DNA of 64,000 bases, taken from NCBI GenBank assembly GCA_965655095.1, contig OZ296652.1:42284001-42348000 (forward strand), given 5' to 3'. Below are positions 37,440 through 50,300 of this stretch, one piece after another. The notes under the pieces were generated by a model. The model did no database searches. It was not told the DNA's origin and saw only the letters and a list, made by a program, of their open reading frames with translations. The stretch comes from Haplodiscus bocki. Its lineage: Eukaryota. How positions within the stretch are numbered: position 1 is the first letter of the stretch; each line of letters begins with the position of its first letter. The position numbers and the translations under genes were made by a program.

Positions 37440-38720
37440 ATGATTCATATCTTCTGCAGTTCTCTCGCAGCGACATCCTCAAGAAACAAAGAATTTGAAA
37501 TGGGACACAAGAGTTCGTTGCTCTGTTGCGTCCCCATTTGAGACCTCCCTCATCGCGGAAGGTTAGATTTGTCCTTCCAGCAGCGCCCAGCTTCGAGATA
37601 GCTACGGCAAACTTTCAATCATTCGCACAATGGCGAAAAAAATTGGTGCCATAACGCTGAAAAAAACTTCATTTTCTTAAACTGTAAGTACATCAGCTGC
37701 GTCTCATCTTGAATATTTATTTTTTCATTGCTCGACAGTTGCCAGACCATGGAAATAGAGTAATTTTTGCTCCTTTGGCTGTGCAGACAAGGATTGGTGA
37801 TAGGTTTTACAGCTACCTTACCACTACAAATTGGAATCGCGTACAATGCGTCTTTTCAGAAGGGATTTGCTGTGAATGAAACAAAAGTGGGGGAAAAGAT
37901 TCCGCATCAGAATTTCCCTGTCGAGATGAGTACTTGCATTTACAAGTTGTCGCTTCCATGAAGTATAGTCGTAATTTCTAGGTTTCATCAAAATAGAGAC
38001 TCCTGTTCTTGTTCAAGCAGTTAAGTTTGAAGCGAATTGTTCAAAAATTCCGGTTTCATCATTCACAGAACCAGTTCGGATATGACCAATTGCATGTCCA
38101 ATTCCTCAATGAAAAGAAATGAAATTGTGCATAGCAGTCTCTAGTCAACTCAGACATTCAGAATCGCCAGTTTCTTCAGCGTGGCTTGAGTTTAACTTTA
38201 ACCTGACAAAAATCAAAGCATCTAATTTGACTTAATACTGGATTTGTAAACTAAACTTTTTTGTTCTTTCAGAACGAAATACCACTCTACGTTTTCTCCA
38301 GATCTTACTTAAGAGACAATTAACGCCTTTCACCGGGCCTAACGCGAGCTATTAGAATAGATCCTGTACATTTTGGTCCGGCACTTTCCCGTTTGACTAT
38401 TTCAGGAACAGTAAAATCGAAATTTACCATTTGCTGCTTTTCAATGGTAGTCATTCAAAGCTTTTCTTCCAAATTTCCGGTCCTACTGTGGATATTTGTA
38501 TATAGCTCAGTCCATAGCCTACCAGAAAGCCCTTTTGGACCAAATTGCTTCTCCAGAAACTATGAACGTTCTTTTATGTTTTCAGCAGCGCACTTAACGC
38601 TTGCGCTCATCCATTTCAACGTCCACCCGCCCGTCAAGGAAGCAATGGGCAAAATTATCACTCAATTCTTGTGCCGGTGCTTCAGTCATTGCTTACAACG
38701 CAGCTAAACACTCAAAATGG
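37440..38720 (-). pseudogene. Possible Helitron RepHel relic
   Basis: Fragments in the expected order: IVSGEAIW (cf. VS..EA.WR), ARVRPGER (cf. V.P..GE.YYLR), EQESLF...ISTGKF (Walker A-like), DVLTV*E (Walker B-like). Heavily decayed. Confidence 0.35.
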
Positions 38721-40754
38721 AGAGCCTTGGAAGACTGCAAAGTTTGGAAAGCAAAATCCAAAGTGATTAGGTCATTAGACGGGAAAACTTAATGGATCTC
38801 TTCCAAGAAGTGTTAAACGTTACATAAAATTTAATGATTACATTATCAAACCAGATCGATTTCAAGTTTTTTTTGAATTTTTGACAGTTAAGTAAGACTG
38901 AATAGGAATAACTAAATAAGAATAACTAACAAAAAATGGGATTTTGCGATGTTGCGGCTTTAAAAGCTCTGCTGGAACTGCGTTTCAACGAAATCCCCAA
39001 AAAGCATGTTTCACAGACCGTAAATTACACAGGAGCAGCTGGATGTACAAGATTTCAGACTAAAATTCATAGGAACGTCAACAAATTGCAATTTCCTTTG
39101 AAAGTTGGGCCGAAAACACGCCATTTAAAGCAATCTTCTGCATCTAATTCTATGCCCGACTAGAGCTTCCTCTCTTAAAGTTTCACCTCTCTACCTTCTC
39201 TCTGGCAACGAAACTACTTATGGGTGCTGGCAGTTAAAATCTGTCTAGAGTTACTTTTCATAACTTTCACGAAAGATAACTTTGTGAACAAAAAAAATTT
39301 TGCCGGATTTTTTCGGGTGTAGAACTGTAAGTACTACATCTCAACCAAATGTTGGGTCAGAAAAAAAGTCTCCAAATGAGTGACCCACAGTTTTGCACAG
39401 GTGTTGCCTTTGCCGGTAAAAAAACCAGAAAAATACGTCAAAATTTTCTTCGCTAAACAAACCACGTAGACCCATTCATTAAAAAAAAAACGTCTTTGGC
39501 TAAAATGTAACGAAGATAACTCGGCCAGTCTAACCCAAAAACAAATTCCAGAGAACTCAATATGCTCAGAGATGAAAGTGAACTATTCAGGGGTGCCAGA
39601 AATTTTGCGAACAGAAAATGGAAAAAAAACATTAAACCAAAGGTGCTTGACGCACGGTTCGCAAAACACAAAGGCAACCCCGAAAATTACCATGACGTAC
39701 AAGGAATAACTTAATGCTAGCGCTGATAGAAACACGCTCCGACAGTAGGTCTCAAAATCAACTGATATCTTGTCGAAAAAAATCCAATTTTTTAACGTTT
39801 CTTTGAATTTTGGCAATAAAACAACTTCAGCAAAGCTTCCAATAGAAAAACCAAAGCATCCTGCTCAGTTTTGTGTTTACGTTCAACTACGTCTCCACAA
39901 CGAAATAACAACACTAATCAGCAGAAAGCAAAATGTCAGCCAGGGACAAGGTCGAATTTTTCGGGAGAACTTTCAATTTTTTCAACATTGTTGATCAAAG
40001 GGTACGCTTTAAGAAAGGTCTGCTGTTACCATGGTGGCCCTGTGAATCAATTTTCAAAACGTTTGAGTTGTGACTTCAAAATTTTGAAAAACTGAAATAA
40101 GTAGCAAAACTGACGAAACCGAGAATTCTTTGATTCTTTGACAGTTTTTGCTGACAATTTACGACAACCGGCTCCTTCGTTTTATATAAAAGCATGGCAA
40201 ATTGCTATAGAGTTCCCCCATTTACATGTAAGTAGTAAATATAGACGAGGATTTGAGAATACGCAAAAAACCCACAAAAAATAGCAAATTAAGTGAAAAA
40301 CCGAACATTTTCTCAATCACAATTCGTTCTTTTGCAATTGTATGGATTTTTCCCCAATTTTGCTAGAGTTTTCTGAACATATTGTTTTTGCTACACACGA
40401 ATCAGCACCCATATAACGGTACAAGTTTATTTTAAAAGAAAATTAAAAGTACGCAAAAAAATTAATTATTTCTGTAGATGTAGACTTGGAAGTACGCGAA
40501 AAAACAGCAAAAGAAGTAGGCAAAAAGCCATGGTTTTCCTGAATCACGATCCATTATTTCGAAAAACTACTGTTTTTTAAAAACTTTTTGCTATACTCAA
40601 TTTCATGTAAAACCGTTTTTATGCTCGAGCTTTTTTTACGTACTCTTGATTTTGCAGTGTCCTGGTTGAATGCAAATTTGAATGTAACTGAAAAAACCCT
40701 TAGAAGAGAAGAAGACGTTGTCATCATACTGAGGTCAATGAAAATATAAAAAAA

Positions 40755-43740
40755 ATCATAAAGTAGCATATATTATTTTTCATTTAGTGCTTTTATTTTC
40801 AATTCATTCAGATTAGGTTTTTCATCCCTCTATCGACTTTTTTTCTGACAAATTTCTCAAATTCCGTTTCAAAAACCAGGGCAACCTTCACATCTTCTGA
40901 TTTCTGATGGAACTACAACATCTAGAGAAGTTTTTTTTCAATTCAGTGCAACTTTGCCACTAATTGCTTTACCTCCCAGATCACTCAAAATTTTGTCTAG
41001 GTTCCAACAATTTCTTGGCAACTCTAAAAACCTTAATCATTCAATTACCTCCCATTATTTTATACTCAACAATAGAGGAAGAATGTGATACTTTCAGAGC
41101 TATAATTTATTCATGAAAAATCAGATCATCGCGATAATCATCCTTTTGCCCAACACATTCCCTCTCTTGATGCACTTTTCTTCTACAACGATGATCAAGA
41201 ATTTTTCCCAGTGTTTGAAAATCAGTCTGTGTAATATACAGAATTTGTTTTGAAAGCGTCAATTGAAAATTTGAACACTATCAATTTCTTACTTTCAACT
41301 AAACGAAAGTTACCCGAAACGATGGTTGAGTAACTTTTTCAAAAATATTAAGATTATCAATTCCTTCATCAGGTGCAATTGTTATTTCAGAGTTTCAATG
41401 CAACATTCTCAAAAATTCTAACACTTTATTATCATTTTCTCTTTTCATCCAATCTAAAAATTTACAACAACATTCTGCATCGCACATTATTCTAAATTTG
41501 TGTCCATTTAAACTATCACCAGGCTTTTCGGAGAATTCCCCTTTTAAAATATTTTTTCAAATTTTTGCCCCAAATTTAATATGCAAGAAAAATTAATCAT
41601 TCAATAGGGTCGTTTTTCAAATTCCTCAGACCAAAATTGACGACTTTTATTAATCAAATAAAATGAGAGCGGTAGAGTTAGGACAACATGGTTCTCAAGC
41701 AAAGGGTTCGGGTTTCGAGTTTCTGTCGTGCCAAAAAAATTTACGTTTAAGGCTTAATTTTTTTCGATACCCGAAACTAGTGACACACAAAAGGGTTCCC
41801 CTACCTTTTTTTTCGGCCATGTAAGACAAAAAAAATCGACGCAAAACCTCGATATTCTCCCCTCGCCTTATCCTTAGATTTTTCCACTACCGCAAACTTT
41901 CTCAAACACAGAAGGGTTCCCCTACGAAGATTTTCGGTACAGTGAGACAACAAATTTACTGTAGAAATTAGTGATATTTCCCTCTTACGCATAAAAATTT
42001 CGACACTTGAAGCTTTTTCAGACACAGAAAGGTTCCCCTAAGAAACGATTCGGTACTGTGAGACAAAACAATTTTGACACCAATTCGTGATAACCGCCAC
42101 CTTTCTTATCCCTAAAACGTTTCGACACCGAAAGTTATCTGAAATACAGAAGGGTTCATCTACGCAATTTTTCGGATCTGTGAGAAAAAACTTTCAACAG
42201 AAAATCCCGATACACTTTTGTATAAAGTACAGAAAACAGTGGTGGAATTGATGTTTGTAAAATTGCTTTGAAAAATAAATTCAAAACAGTAGTTTTGTTT
42301 CTAATCGTTTGCAAAAGTTGATCACAATATTTGCAGTTGGGCAAAAAAATGCCGGTGTTAGGTGGCCGTCTTCTTTTTTTCACTTAGTATCCTTCTCAGA
42401 AAATTTCTCAAAGTTTTCGGAAGGAAGTTTTGGGGGGCATTTTCTAAACCTTCCACCTTCACAGAGCCTAAAACAGTTCCCAACAAATTCACAGTTTCTT
42501 GAAGGTCAACGCTCGTTAAAGTATCAATTATATATCCATTTTTCGACCTGTCAACCTCCTAAATTTCATTACTTCCTCTTTAATAGGAGGAAGTTGTAGA
42601 ACTGCAACTTTTGGATTGTGTCATAATTTTTGTGAGAATAACTCTACTTCTTGTAAAAACATTGAGTAACAAAAAAGCTCAACAATCATTTTTAAACTCT
42701 GCAATTGCATATCCATTGGTAATTTTACAATAATTTTATTCACAACCAGCCCTTGCATCTAGTTTACACTAAAAGCATCAAAAACAAACAACACTGCATC
42801 CATTCATAAAACTCAAACTTCTTCGGATATCAAAAAACGACCTAAGTTTTCATTAACAAACTTATTAAAATCATTTTCTTTTCATCCATAGTCCTCAAAC
42901 AGTTCACTATATTCGTCAGTTTCACCTTTTTCCAATTTTTTTTATGACCTCTACTAATGAATAAATTCATATAACTCAACCGTTTCTCTATTAGAATTTA
43001 TTGATCTGGAAAACACATTGAACTAAAATTGATTTAAAGTTATGTTTGAAAGCCGCCACCTTACAACCTTTGAAGCCTTTACGGAAAAAAATCTCAAAAC
43101 TGATCGACTATGGTACCAAATACTTCATATCCGTTACCAGAATCGGCTTCGTTCTCAGAAATTTTCCATTTGGAAGAAAGTAATTTTCCATTTCAAAAGT
43201 TACTTTCCATTTGAGAAAGTAACCTTTGATTCTAGACTTTGTCAATTCTTGTTTCCTCTTACTACATTTAGCGTAGAGGTATGTCAAAAATGAAACCCCA
43301 AACCTAAATTAGGACCCGCTTCATTTCTTTCTTCTTCCCAAGTGTTTCCAGAAATTTCCAGGTCATTCAAACTTTTATCCAATATTCGTTTCTGTAATCC
43401 AAATGTCTTTCCTAGTTTTTCAAGTCAAATTTTCAATGGCTTCATACGACAAACTTTTATCATTTTTAAGGAAAATCCTACTGCTGAAACTTTAATTTCT
43501 GAGTCAATCAGAAAACCAACTTTTCCATGAAATGATTTGGTGGCCAAGCTCAGCACACCTTTACCGCTAAAAATCAAGTTAACCAGTTTTCGTCCTAGTG
43601 GTAATTGTTTCAATGAAAAAAATCATCAAATATCAACAAGTTTTGAAGGGTCAATTTTTATCTGATCTTGTGTACAGATTCTGTTTCCATTTTTGAGAGC
43701 TTCCTAATTTTTCTACGTTAGTTTTAAAAGATCAAACAAA
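40755..43740 (-). pseudogene. Protein-primed family B DNA polymerase (pPolB) pseudogene, interrupted by an insertion
   Basis: Collinear degenerate motifs on the minus strand: LEKLGKTFGLQK (~43400); FFRKGFKGCKVAAF (GG motif, ~43070); FVFDAFSV (motif A DxxSLYP, ~42780); NGYIIDTLTSVDLQE (42496-42540); GDSLNG (motif B NSxYG, 41503-41520); NSVYYTD (motif C YxDTDS, ~41225-41245); C-terminal CEGC. Confidence 0.8.
41521..42360. mobile_element. Non-autonomous insertion splitting polB (tRNA-like head plus ~115-bp repeats)
   Basis: polB homology stops at ~42362 and resumes at 41520. Inside are repeated ACAGAAGGGTTCCCCTA...TTCGGTACTGTGAGACAA units (41785, 41908, 42023, 42147) and a tRNA-like segment at 41665-41735. 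Confidence 0.7.
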
Positions 43741-43749
43741 AAACAAAAC

Positions 43750-44330
43750 AATGCAATTTTCACTATCAGAAGTTTTCAAAAGTACCAACCATCTTTTTAT
43801 TTCTTCACCGGTTACGTCAAATTTCTAATTCATTTTCAATTCAGAAACAGGATAAAAAGAACCGGCACAGAAGTCTGCTCTATTCTTTTGGAGTTTCTTA
43901 GTCAAAAAAATCAATTGTCAGCTGTTTGATACTTTCACATTATTGCAGTCATAAACTAGGGCTTATCTTGCAATTTTACTAAAGGCAGGAAAATTTTCGT
44001 TCTCAAACGGTCTCTGTTTCCTCTATCGTTTCCCTATACTGACTCCATCTGATCTTTAAATAACGCAACAGTCATTACTGTCATCTTAAAAAAATTTAAT
44101 TCTGGGTTTTGATGAATTAGGTAGTATTTTGTTTCCAGTTTAAAAAACCTTTACGAAGTTCTGTAGATATACAAATTGCTTGAGTCTCTGCATTAGTCGT
44201 ACCTTATTTTGTTGTTTAGTTGAAAAACTTATTTATTCACTCAAATAGTTTTTTCCAGTAAGACTAGTTACGCATATCAAAAAACAGAAATTACTGGGTA
44301 GTATGAAAAAAATTCGACCAGAAAAATCGT
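43750..44330 (-). pseudogene. Probable packaging ATPase (A32/FtsK-HerA type) relic
   Basis: CFLICVTSLTGKNYL (degenerate Walker A, ~44250-44295) and TVALFKDQM (Walker B-like, ~44050-44075); position next to polB in a Polinton. Confidence 0.4.
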
Positions 44331-47300
44331 TGAAGTTAGTCGTTTACTTCGCTCGATCTTTTACGATTTTTACTTCGACTATGTTTTTTAGGAAATTGGT
44401 ATGTCGATAAACTACAGGTCACTATCCAAAAAAACTCACGCAAAATTCCCAATTTACGTCATCTTGCCCTAAATACGTCTCATATTCATCAATATGTATA
44501 AAGCTTAAATGTGTATCAAGATTTTGGTTTATTTTTTCTCCAAACTCAATTAGTATAACCTAAAATTTATTTTGAACTTACCTTGATTGCAAATCCTCTG
44601 TTTCCATTTTAACTACTCTCCTATTTCCATAAACTCTTAGAATTTCAACACTGAGTGTTTTTGTTTCTTCTTTTTTATGAAAAAAAACCAAAACTAAAAA
44701 AAAGCATCTTTATCTGCTGCCGCGGGAGTAAACCTCTCAGTTTCATTACAAAAAAACGCCGAGTTTAAAAACTACTTTTTTGTTGATTTATGTCCTTTTC
44801 TCTTTTGAGTCAATAACGTTATCTAGACTAATTTTCTAATCGATTCCATTCTTCCATTTTGAAGAACTTCTGAATTTCTTAATTGTACGAACAAAGTGTC
44901 GTGAAACTGTTCGTCTTCAAGTCTACCACTCACATCAACGTCAAGTGGGCAAATGGTGAAAATTTCGGTTTCATTGAAATCAATACTTTCATCTCCAACA
45001 CCTACTTTAACAACTCTTGAAAATTTTTAGCACCAATTTTAGGATTTGCACCGATGCCAAACATTTTTCAATTTTCTTCATTTTTTTCCATCTTTTCAAC
45101 AATAATTGGAGGTAAACTGATCTTTATTCTCGCAAACTTGACGAATTTCTTCTTGCTAACTCCAAGATAATCAAAAGATTTGTTTGCTTTTTTTTCGGTT
45201 TGTCCTTCTGTTTTTCAGTTTCGAGCGTATGTCTCGTACTAAACTTTTCCTCATCTGGTCAACATTGTGAGCTTCGCTTTTCGCCATCCAGTTGCCTCAT
45301 GAAATCTAACTCAAAGGAACATCTAATTTTTTTTCTCTCGGAGCAACGAAACCAACCTAAATTTATCCTTCGACTCACGGTGGCTCCATGAAACGAGTTC
45401 ACCTCGGAAAATTCGCTTGGCGAATGATCGATAATTTTTGAAAAAATCAAAAATAGAAGAAGGGACTACTGTTTCACAAAAAAAAACAAAACACAAGAAC
45501 ACAAAACGAATTGAGAAGGTTTTTGCTCCACAAGATTATCACAATTAAAAATTGATGAATTGTTGAAAAAAATTAAAGCATATACACCAGCAATTGCTCA
45601 AAAACGATGTGGAGAAATGGGATTACCAACAAAAAAATGACCCAAACTCTGGTGCAGAAAAAAAGGCAAGTTACGCGGTGGTTAAACGAATCAAAACCAA
45701 ATGAACAGTAGTTCCGAAACGACTAACGAAGACAAAAACGTAGTTAGTTAGTCTCCATCTGAGTAAAGAAACGAAGTAGGTGTGTTTTTTGGATGAAAAA
45801 TATTTTGATCTGTTCGGCTGCGCTTGACCAAAAAAGATTTTTTGATGAAACGTAGCGTTGGAAAATGTGTTTTCTCTACTCAAAAAGCAACGCGTAGTGC
45901 GATTCTTGAACAGCATTTGAGTAGCGAAGCATAGTATTCGCGGGAGTTTTTGTTTTATACTATTATTCAAAAAAATGAAAGAAAACTTTGAAAAACCGTT
46001 TTGAACTAATGTTTTCTTGAAGACAAGTTGAGAAAAAAATTAACACAGTAAAAATCGCAGCAATTGTAACCAAAAAAATCAAAACACAGTTCTCTTGAAG
46101 AATGTTTGGTTTTCCTGACAATACTGAAAAACTGAAACAACAACAATTAAAAATTTATCAACGAAACATCGCCGAACAATTTCAGATGATTTTTTCTCTA
46201 ACGGTGGTTCTCTGCAACAGTCGTATCTTATTTTGTTGTTTAACTGAAAACATTATTTATTCAATCAAATAGTTTTTTCCAGTTAGACAACGTACGCGCT
46301 TCACAAAACAGAATTTACTGGGTATTATGAAACAAATTTGACCAGAAATATTGTTAAAGTTAGTCATTTACTTCGATCGATCCTTCACGTTTTTCATTTC
46401 GACCACGTTTTCTGGGAAACTGGCATGTCGATAAATTACTGATCACTATCCAAAAAACTCCCACAAAATTCCTAGTTTTCTACATTTTGCCCTAACTACG
46501 TCTCATATTCATCAATATGTATAAAGCTTAAATGTGTATCAAGATTATGGTTTATTTTTTCTCCATATTCCATGAGTATAACTTAAAATTTATTTTGAAC
46601 TTACCTTGATTGCAAATCCTCTGTTTTCTTTTTAACTACTCCCCTAATTCCTTAAAATCTTAGATTTTCAACATTGAGTGTTTTTGCTTCTTCTTTTTTA
46701 AAAAAAATAACCAAAATTAAAAAACAGCATCTTTATCTGCTGCCGCGGGTGTAAACTTCTCAGTTTCATTACAAAAAAACGCCGAGTTTAAAAATTATTT
46801 TTTTGTTGATTTGTGTCCTTTTCTCACTTGAGTCAATAACGTTATCGAGACTATTTTTCTAATCGATTCCATTCTTCCGTATTGAAGACCTTTTGAGTTT
46901 CTTATTTGTACGAACAAAGTTTCGTGAAACTGTTTGTCTTCAAGTGTACCACCCACATCAACATCAATTGGGCAAAGGGCAAAAATTTCAGTTTCGTTAA
47001 AATCATTACTTTCATCTCCAACACCTACTTTAACAACTCTTGGAAATTTTTAGCACCAATTTTAGGATTTGCACCGATGCCAAACATTTTTCAATTTTCT
47101 TCATTTTTTTTCCATCTTTTCAACAATAATTGGAGGTAAACTGATCTTTATTCTCGCAAACTTGACGAATTTCTTCTTGCTAACTCCAAGATAATCAAAA
47201 AGATTTGTTTGCTTTTTTTTCGGTTTGTCCTTCTGTTTTTCAGTTTCGAGCGTATGTCTCGTACTAAACTTTTCCTCATCTGGTCAACATTGTGAGCTTC

Positions 47301-50300
47301 GTTTTTCGCCATCCAGTTGCCTCATGAAATCTAATTCAAAGGAACATCTAACTTTTTTTCTCTCGGAGCAACGAAACCAACCTAAATTTGTCCTTCGACT
47401 CACGGTGGCTCCATGAAACGATTTCACGTCGGAAAATTCGCTTGGCGAATGATCGATAAACTTTGAAAAAAATCAAAACTGGAAGAAGGGACTTCTCTTT
47501 CACAAAAAAAACCAAACAAAAGAACACAAAACGAACTGAGAAGGTTTTTGCTCCACAAGATTATCACAATTAAACCTGATAAATTGTTGAAAAAAATTAA
47601 AGCAAAAAACCCGCAATTGCTCAAAAAGATGTGGAGAAATGGGACTACCAACAAAAACATGATCCAAACTCTGGTGCAGAAAAAAAGGCAAGTTACGCGG
47701 TGGTTAAACGAATCAAAACCAAATGAACAGTAGTTCCGAAACGACTAACGAAGACAAAAACGTAGTTGGTTAGTCTCCATCTGAGTAAAGAAACGAAGTA
47801 GGTGTGTTTTAAGGATGAAAAATTTTTTGATCTGTTCGGCTGCGCTTGACCAAAAAAGACTATTTTGATGAAACGTAGCTATGGAAAATGTGTTCTCTCT
47901 ACTCAAAAAGCAATGAGTAGTGCGATTCTTGAACAGCATTTGCGTAGCGAAGGACAGTACTGGCGGGAGTATTCGTTTTATATTATTTTTTAAAAAAATA
48001 AAAGTAAACTTTGAAAAGCCGTTTTGAACTAATGTTTTCTTGAAGACAAGTTGAGGAAAAAATTAACACAGTAAAATTCCCAGAAATTGTAACCAAAAAA
48101 ATTAAAACACAGTTTTCTTGGAAACGATTAGGTTTTCCTGACAATACTGAAGAACTGAAACAACACCAATTAAAAATTTATCAATGAACTGCCGCCAAGC
48201 ATTTTCAAATGTTTTTTTCTCTAACGGTGGTTCTCTGCGATAGTCGTACCTTATTTTGTTGTTTAGTTCAAAAAATTATTTATTACCTCAAATTGTTTTT
48301 TCCAGTTAGACAACTTACGCATTTCAAAAAACAGAATTTACTGGGTAGTGTGAAACAACTTTGACCAGAAAAAAAGTTAAAGTTAGTCGTTTACTTCGCT
48401 CGCTCTTTTACGTTTTTCAATTCGACTATGTTTTTTAGGAAACTGGCATGTCGATAAAATACAGATCACTATCCAAAAAAACTCCCACAAAATTCCTAAT
48501 TTTCTACATTTTGCCCCAACTACGTCTCATATTCATCAATATGTATAAAGCTTAAATGTGTATCAAGATTATGGTTTATTTTTTCTCCATATTCCATGAG
48601 TATAACTTAAAATTTATTTTGAACTTACCTTGATTGCAAATCCTCTGTTTTCTTTTTAACTACTCCCCTAATTCCTTAAAATCTTAGATTTTCAACATTG
48701 AGTGTTTTTGCTTCTTCTTTTTTAAAAAAAATAACCAAAATTAAAAAACAGCATCTTTATCTGCTGCCGCGGGTGTAAACTTCTCAGTTTCATTACAAAA
48801 AAACGCCGAGTTTAAAAATTATTTTTTTGTTGATTTGTGTCCTTTTCTCACTTGAGTCAATAACGTTATCGAGACTATTTTTCTAATCGATTCCATTCTT
48901 CCGTATTGAAGACCTTTTGAGTTTCTTATTTGTACGAACAAAGTTTCGTGAAACTGTTTGTCTTCAAGTGTACCACCCACATCAACATCAATTGGGCAAA
49001 GGGCAAAAATTTCAGTTTCGTTAAAATCATTACTTTCATCTCCAACACCTACTTTAACAACTCTTGGAAATTTTTAGCACCAATTTTAGGATTTGCACCG
49101 ATGCCAAACATTTTTCATTTTTCTTAATTTTTTTTCCATCTTTCCAACAATAATTGGAGGTAAACTGATCTTTATTCTCGCAAACTTGACGAATTTCTTT
49201 TTGCTAACTCCAAGATAATCAAAAAGATTTACTTGCTTTGTTTTCGATTTCTCCTTCTGTTTTTCAGTTTCGTGCGTATGTCTCGTAGTATACTTTTCCT
49301 CACCTGGTCAACATTGTGAGCTTCGTTTTTCGCCATCCAGTTGCCTCATCAAATCTAATTCAAAGGAACATCTCATTTTTTGTCTCTCGGAGGAACAAAA
49401 CCAAACTAAATATGTCCATCGACTCACCGTGGCTCCAAGAAACGAGTTCACCTCGGAATGTTCGCTTGGCGATTGATCGGTAATTTAGGAAAAAATTCGG
49501 AAAAAGAAGAAGGGACTTCTGTTTCAGAAGAAAACAAAACACAAGAACACAAATCGAACTCAGAAGGCTTTTGCTCCACAAGTTTATCACAATTAAAAAC
49601 TGATAAATTGTTGTAAAAAAATGAAAGCATATACACCCGCAATTGCTCAAAAAAGATGTGGAGAAGTGGAAATACCAACAAAAACTTGATGCAAAATCTG
49701 GTGCAGAAAAGAAAGAGGCAAGTTACGCGTTGGTTAAACGAATCAAAACCAATTGATCAGTAGTTCTGAAACGACTAACGAAGACAAAAACGTAGTTAGT
49801 TAATCCCCATCTGAGTATACAAACAATTTGGGTGTGTTTTGTGGATGAAATAAAATTTGATCCGTTCGGCTGCGCTTGACCAAAAAAGACTATTTTGATG
49901 AAACATAATAATGGAAAACGTGTTCTCTCTAATCAAAAAGCAATGAGTAGTGCGGTTCTTGAACAGCATTTGCGTAGCGAAGCACAGTATGGGCGGGAGT
50001 TTTTGTCTTAAACTGTTTTCCAAAAAAATGAAAGAAAACTTTGAAAAACCGTTTTGAACCAAATGTTCTCTTGAAGACAAGATGAGAATAAAACTCACAC
50101 AATAAAATTCCCAGCAATTGTAACCAAAAAAATCAAAACACAGTTTTCCTGGAGGCGATTGGTTTTTTCCTGACAAATTTTGAGAACTGAAACAACACCA
50201 ATTGAAAAATTATCAACGAATTTTCGCCACGGAATTTCAGATGATTTTTTCTCTAACGGTAGTTATCTGCAACAGTCGTACCTCAATTTGTTGTTTAGTT

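Larger units (their letters stand above)
40231..44184. mobile_element. Decayed Polinton/Maverick, left arm (continues into the tandem array)
   Basis: AGTAGT terminus at 40231, typical of Polinton TIR ends; subterminal TACGC(A/G)AAAAA repeats at ~40260, 40450 and 40493; pPolB pseudogene; ATPase relic; protease in the adjacent array unit. Confidence 0.75.

Noticed and set aside
44540-44600. Array unit as a spliced-leader, snRNA or 5S gene cluster
   Set aside because: Only a donor-like motif is present, with no convincing Sm site, stem-loops or 5S similarity. The unit is explained by Polinton sequence.
45200-45420. Several TGA codons conserved across units in one minus frame, suggesting TGA=Trp recoding
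   Set aside because: Alternative frames over the same DNA are open (e.g. NWMAKNEAHNVDQVRKSILRDIR in unit 3), and shared stops are expected from pre-amplification decay.
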